A DNA stretch of 31,459 nucleotides from PVC group bacterium (GTDB taxonomy: Bacteria > Auribacterota > Erginobacteria > Erginobacterales > Erginobacteraceae): positions 1-31,459 of the forward strand of contig JAZDIV010000056.1 in assembly GCA_043804695.1 (NCBI GenBank), read 5' to 3'. Every line of letters starts with the position of its first letter. Position 1 is the first letter of the stretch. Below the pieces are notes generated by a model that ran no database searches, was not told the origin of the DNA, and saw only the letters and a program-made list of their open reading frames with translations. This document shows, in pieces, positions 26,990 to 31,459 of the stretch. The position numbers and the translations under genes are program-made.

Positions 26990-28744
26990 ATGCATTTTAT
27001 GGTCCATACTGTCTTCACGTTCCTGCGCGCAAACCCCTCGATCCTTCTCTTCGCGGCGCTGGCCGGGGGCTACGCCCTGGGGAAGGTCAAGTTCGGAAAA
27101 TCCTTTTCCCTCGGCTCCACCACCAGCGTTCTCCTGGTGGCGATCGTTCTGGGCGCGATCATATTCCGCGGCCATGATCAGGGGCTTGACCTGGGGCTGA
27201 TCAAGACCGTCTCTTTTGGATTTTTTATCTTCGCTATCGGCTACAAGGTCGGCCCCGACTTTATCGGGGGGCTGAAGCGCGGCGGGCTTAAGTATGTCAC
27301 GGTCGCGGTCTTCTTCTGCGTAGCGGCGCTGATCGCCGCTGTTTTTCTGGCCAAGGTCTTCGGCCTCGACAAAGGCTACGCCGGCGGCCTGATGGCCGGA
27401 GCGCTGACCCAGTCGTCGATCATCGGGACCGCCGACGGGGCCATTCAGCACCTTGCCACCGGGAAGACCGTCTCGATCCTCAGCTCGGTCATCAATCTCA
27501 AGTCCGAGGTCGCGGTGGCCTATGCCGTCACCTATATCTTCGGTACCGCGGGGTTGATCATCCTGCTCAAGGTGATCGGGAAAGTCTGGCGGGTCGATCT
27601 TCCCGCTGAGGCCCAGAAAGCTCAGGCTGAACTGGGAGGCGCCGAAGCCGGGGATACCCTGGAAGCCTTTCACTGGTCGAATCTGATCGTCCCCCGGGCT
27701 TATCACATTGAAAATCCCAAAGTTATCGGGAAGACCGTCAAAGAGATCGAAGATTCATTTCAGAAATCCGGTTCACATGATGCCTACCATGACGCCTATG
27801 TCTCCATAGTGAAGATCAAGAGGGGAGATACCGTCATCGGCGATGTCCCCGGTGACATGAAACTGGATAAAGGAGATGTTATTATTATCACCGGCCGCCG
27901 TTCCAGTCTCTTTGATTCCTGGGCGGAGTTCGGCCCGGAAGTTACTGACACTGCCATCGAAGAGATGATCGGGGAGATCCTCCCCATCTGTCTGACCAAC
28001 AAGAATCTGGACGGGAAGACATTTGACCAGATCTTTCTGAAGTACGGGCACGGGTGTTACGTTCGCAGCATCACCCGCCAGGGACACGAACTGCCCCTCG
28101 GCCCCAACCTGAAGATCTACCGGGGAGACATCATCAACGTGGTCGGGGATCGGACGGACGTCGAAAACCTGGTCACGGTTATCGGTTATCCCGAACGTCA
28201 GACCAATATAACCGACCTGGTTACGGTGGGTATCGGTCTCATCCTGGGGATCTTGATCGGACTGGTGGCGATCAAGATCGGGGGCATCCCGATCACCCTC
28301 GGTGTGGGAGGAGGTGTTCTGGTCTCCGGCCTCTTCTTCGGCTGGCTCCGTTCGGTAAAGCCCACCTTCGGGCTGATCCCTACCGCGACGGTCTGGATAT
28401 TTACCGACCTGGGGCTGAACTTTTTCATCGCCTGCGTCGGTATCTCGGCCGGACCCCGCGCTCTTGACGCGCTGAGAACGGCGGGGATCAATATATTCCT
28501 GGCCGGCGTCTGCCTGACCTGCATCCCTCACATCCTAACCTGGATCTTCGGCCTCTACCTGCTCAAACTCAACCCGGTTCTTCTTCTGGGGGCGATGACC
28601 GGGGCCGGGACCTGCACCGCCGCCCTGAACTCGGTCAAGGAAGACGCCCGGAGCGCGGTTCCGGTGATCGGCTATACCGTCCCCTACGCGATCGGGAACG
28701 TCCTCCTCACCGTCTGGGGCGCGCTGATCGTGAGCCTGGTCTGA
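26990..28744 (+). CDS. aspT: Aspartate:alanine antiporter (AAE family, two TrkA-C-like domains)
   Basis: IGYKVGPDF, GLMAGALTQSSIIG, DLGLNFFIACVG, GAGTCTAAL, GYTVPYAIGNVLLT; directly follows aspD. Confidence 0.93.
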   Translation: MHFMVHTVFTFLRANPSILLFAALAGGYALGKVKFGKSFSLGSTTSVLLVAIVLGAIIFRGHDQGLDLGLIKTVSFGFFIFAIGYKVGPDFIGGLKRGGLKYVTVAVFFCVAALIAAVFLAKVFGLDKGYAGGLMAGALTQSSIIGTADGAIQHLATGKTVSILSSVINLKSEVAVAYAVTYIFGTAGLIILLKVIGKVWRVDLPAEAQKAQAELGGAEAGDTLEAFHWSNLIVPRAYHIENPKVIGKTVKEIEDSFQKSGSHDAYHDAYVSIVKIKRGDTVIGDVPGDMKLDKGDVIIITGRRSSLFDSWAEFGPEVTDTAIEEMIGEILPICLTNKNLDGKTFDQIFLKYGHGCYVRSITRQGHELPLGPNLKIYRGDIINVVGDRTDVENLVTVIGYPERQTNITDLVTVGIGLILGILIGLVAIKIGGIPITLGVGGGVLVSGLFFGWLRSVKPTFGLIPTATVWIFTDLGLNFFIACVGISAGPRALDALRTAGINIFLAGVCLTCIPHILTWIFGLYLLKLNPVLLLGAMTGAGTCTAALNSVKEDARSAVPVIGYTVPYAIGNVLLTVWGALIVSLV

Positions 28745-28752
28745 CGTCTCAG

Positions 28753-29970
28753 ATGGAAGAAAAAACCAAACTGCCGGTCATCACCGCGTCTTTCATCATC
28801 CTCGGCAACTGCCTGGGCGTGGGCGTGCTGGCCCTGCCGGTCAAATACGGCCTGGCCGGCTTCGTCCCGGCGCTGATCGGCATCTTTCTGGCCTGGTTCG
28901 TGATGATGATGTCGGCCTTCGTCATCGCCTACCGAATCAGCCAGGCGCGAAGCGACACCTTCGACATCCCCTGGTTTTTCCGAAAGGAACTCGGGACCAC
29001 CGGGAAATGGCTGGCCATTGCCTGCAACCTGATCCTCCTCTACGGCGTCCTGACCGCCTACCTGAGCGGGATGTCGACAATGATCGACCGGCTCTTCCAT
29101 CTTCCCCTCACCAAACATCAGATCACCGTCATCTATTTCGCGCTGACCACGAGTCTCGTCCTCTTCGGGGTCAAGGCCTACCGGAAAGGGAACGCCCTTC
29201 TGATCGGCGCCATCTGGATCTGTTTCATCCTCCTGGTCGTCACCGGGGTGAATCGGTTCACCCCCGAACTCCTGACCGGGACCGACTGGAGGTGTTTCCC
29301 GATCGGCCTCCCGATCGCCGTCTCCGCCTTCCACTTTCATAACATCATCCCCACCATCTCCCGCACGCTCCGGCATGACTTCAAGGCCACCCGGAAGGCG
29401 ATCTTCATCGGGATCTTCCTCGGCCTCATCATCAACGTGATCTGGGTGACCATCGTCCTGGGAACGCTGCCGCGGTCCGGGACGGAAAAATACACCATCG
29501 AGAAGAGCTACTGGCACGAACTGCCGGCCAATGTGCCGATGTCGGAACTGCTCGGCTCCCGGGTATTCCTGGCGGCCGGTTTTATCTTCGCCATCCTCTC
29601 CGTGACCGCGTCCTACATGGCCAACGGCACCGGCCTGCACGGTTTTATCCGCAACCTGACCAATACCTACCTGAAGACGGACAATAAGGTATTGATCGGG
29701 CTGATCGCCTTCCTGCCGCCGCTGATCGTGGCCCTGATCTACCCGGATATCTTTCTCTCGGCGCTCGATATCGTCGGGGGGGTGGGGGAATCGGTCCTTT
29801 TCGTGGCGCTTCCCGGCCTGATCCTGACCCGGGTGGCGAGAAACCGATACCGGGTTCTGGTCATCATCGGGTACCTGATGTTCATCACGGGATGCCTGAT
29901 CACCGCCTATGCCGTCGCCGACAAGATCGGCCTCATCGACCTGGTCCCCCCTTTCCCGTCCTCATCGTGA
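28753..29970 (+). CDS. HAAAP (TyrP/Mtr-like) amino acid permease
   Basis: GNCLGVGVLALP, LLYGVLTAY, AFHFHNIIPT, PPL...YPDIFLSAL. Confidence 0.85.
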   Translation: MEEKTKLPVITASFIILGNCLGVGVLALPVKYGLAGFVPALIGIFLAWFVMMMSAFVIAYRISQARSDTFDIPWFFRKELGTTGKWLAIACNLILLYGVLTAYLSGMSTMIDRLFHLPLTKHQITVIYFALTTSLVLFGVKAYRKGNALLIGAIWICFILLVVTGVNRFTPELLTGTDWRCFPIGLPIAVSAFHFHNIIPTISRTLRHDFKATRKAIFIGIFLGLIINVIWVTIVLGTLPRSGTEKYTIEKSYWHELPANVPMSELLGSRVFLAAGFIFAILSVTASYMANGTGLHGFIRNLTNTYLKTDNKVLIGLIAFLPPLIVALIYPDIFLSALDIVGGVGESVLFVALPGLILTRVARNRYRVLVIIGYLMFITGCLITAYAVADKIGLIDLVPPFPSSS

Positions 29971-30032
29971 TCAGGGGACGGTGTTGCTTTGTTGCTCTGT
30001 ATAATTCCGACGACACCAGGAAGGAGATCGTG

Positions 30033-30463
30033 ATGAAAAAAGAAGAGTCGCGGAAAAAATCGTCGAGGTTATACGGAAGTATCCGACCGGGGCGCTGGCG
30101 ACCGTCAAAGACGGTAAACCATGGGTGCGCCATATCGGGGTCTCCACCGACGATGACCTTCATTTGGTCGCCATCAGCTATGTTCAGTCCAGAAAGGTCG
30201 ACCAGATCAAGAAGAACAGGAATGTCCACATCGCCTTCGGGCTCGACCCTCAGAACGAAAAGAATCCTTTTATCAACGTCGAGGCCAACGCGGAAGTCCG
30301 TACGAACGCCATAACCCGACAACAATTCTGGCAGGACGCGTTCAGGGGGTTCTTCTCCGGGCCGGATGACCCCAATTACGCGGTCATCAAAATCACGCCG
30401 GCAAGGATTGAATATTACGGTTCATACGAGCAGGCGCCGGAGGTGTATCTCTATCAGAAATAA
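30033..30463 (+). pseudogene. Pyridoxamine 5'-phosphate oxidase-like FMN-binding protein with a 5' frameshift
   Basis: SD AAGGAG and ATG 30033 are out of frame with the body (EKIVEVIRKYPTGALATVKDGKPWVR...SRKVDQIKKNRNV...GPDDPNYAVIKITP). The body frame has a stop at 30002 and no start codon until 30125. Confidence 0.7.
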
Positions 30464-30586
30464 AAAACACCCCGCACAGCGAGAACTGCACACGGGCGGC
30501 GAACCGGCGATGCTTTCTCCGGGATTTGGACAACAGCCCCTGAACATCTGAGGGGGCGGGAGGGCGGCTTTCTGCGCGGCAATCCC

Positions 30587-30615
30587 TTGACTTTTCACGA
30601 CGGCTTCTCTATTAT
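30587..30615 (+). promoter_or_regulatory. Putative sigma70 promoter
   Basis: TTGACT-17 nt-TATTAT, 60 nt upstream of the methyltransferase. Confidence 0.55.
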
Positions 30616-30674
30616 GACACGATAAGAAGCGCGCCGGGTACGGTTGTCGCCCGGCGTTTCTCATAAAAAATACC

Positions 30675-31283
30675 ATGACAATGTACTCCAGCAGCCTGAC
30701 ATACCCGAAACCACGTCTTACTTTCCTGAGGACCTTTCTGCAGAACCCGGTCGGAATCGGGTCGATTACCCCCAGTTCTCGGTCACTGGCCCGCGAGATG
30801 GTCCGGGGACTGGAACTGAAATCCGGGGAAACCGTCCTGGAATTCGGTCCCGGAACCGGCTCTTTCACCTCCCAGATCCAGCGGATCATCCCCGACCCGA
30901 GTGCCTACCTGGGGATCGAGTGCGAGCCGGCGTTTGTCCGCCTGCTCAGCCGGCGTTTCCCCGACCTGGACTTCGTCGCCGCACCGGCGGAGAACGTGAA
31001 AACGATTTACGAACAATCCGGACTCGAGCCGATCAGGGCGATTATCTCCGGCCTCCCCTCCACCGGCGTGAAAAGCTCGGTCCACGACCTGATCCTGGAA
31101 AGCATCGAGTCCCTGATGACCCCGGGGTGCATCTTCCGGACGTTCCAGTACGTGCACACCTACTGGCTCCCCTCCGCGGTGCGGTTCCGAAAAAAAATGA
31201 GCCGGATCTATGGACGGCATTACCGGAGCCGGGCGGTCCTGCGGAACGTCCCCCCCGCTTTCGTCCTTACCTGGACGAGATAA
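30675..31283 (+). CDS. Phospholipid N-methyltransferase family (PmtA/OlsG-like)
   Basis: NPVGIGSITPSSRSLA, VLEFGPGTG, IISGLP, FQY, RNVPPAFV. Confidence 0.87.
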   Translation: MTMYSSSLTYPKPRLTFLRTFLQNPVGIGSITPSSRSLAREMVRGLELKSGETVLEFGPGTGSFTSQIQRIIPDPSAYLGIECEPAFVRLLSRRFPDLDFVAAPAENVKTIYEQSGLEPIRAIISGLPSTGVKSSVHDLILESIESLMTPGCIFRTFQYVHTYWLPSAVRFRKKMSRIYGRHYRSRAVLRNVPPAFVLTWTR

Positions 31284-31354
31284 ATGGAAATGGGGAGCGA
31301 CTTTATCTTATCCTTCGCTAGTGTGCCGTCTCGGAAATTGCGTTAGATAATTCG

Positions 31355-31458
31355 GTCATTGCGAGGAGCAGAGCGACGAAGCAATCTATTGTATTGCAAC
31401 GAATTGAGATTGCTTCGCTGCCCGCCACGCTGCGCTCGCGGCTTCGGCTCGCAATGAC
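31355..31458. repeat. GTCATTGCGAG palindromic core, third and more divergent copy
   Basis: gtcattgcgaggagcagagcgacgaagcaatct ... gagattgcttcgctgc[insert]gctcgcaatgac. Confidence 0.85.
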
Positions 31459-31459
31459 A

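Noticed and set aside
14171..29640. Long antisense ORFs (14171-15205, 15434-16423, 18156-19541, 21194-22558, 25033-26646, 28684-29640)
   Set aside because: These are typical high-GC antisense open frames opposite well-supported genes and show no motifs.

Overview
GC-rich bacterial chromosomal segment with about 27 protein genes. I found no rRNA, tRNA, CRISPR array or transposase. Left end, all minus strand: two secreted single-HKD phospholipase D/Nuc-like genes, a tandem array of four ~50-bp hairpin units, an orphan ParB, radC and a type I restriction HsdR. HsdR runs off the window edge and is absent from the ORF track. Next come a glutathione-type trio (gloB, a divergent gshB, gshA), eno-ftsB, SSS and NCS2 transporters, a SAM methyltransferase, YdcF, an ArnT-like glycosyltransferase with a lipoprotein, and an ECF sigma/anti-sigma/Spy-like cluster. 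The right end has an asparaginase-aspD-aspT-permease module, a frameshifted pyridoxamine-phosphate-oxidase-like gene and a phospholipid N-methyltransferase. Most longer intergenic gaps carry palindromic or short-tandem repeats from several families. These include two inverted 150-bp MITE-like copies (146/150 identical), REP-like doublets and nested hairpins. Best candidates for something undescribed: the PLD pair / hairpin array / ParB locus, the GshB with a remodelled substrate loop, and the nested repeat families. All calls come from motif reading by eye; no searches were run.
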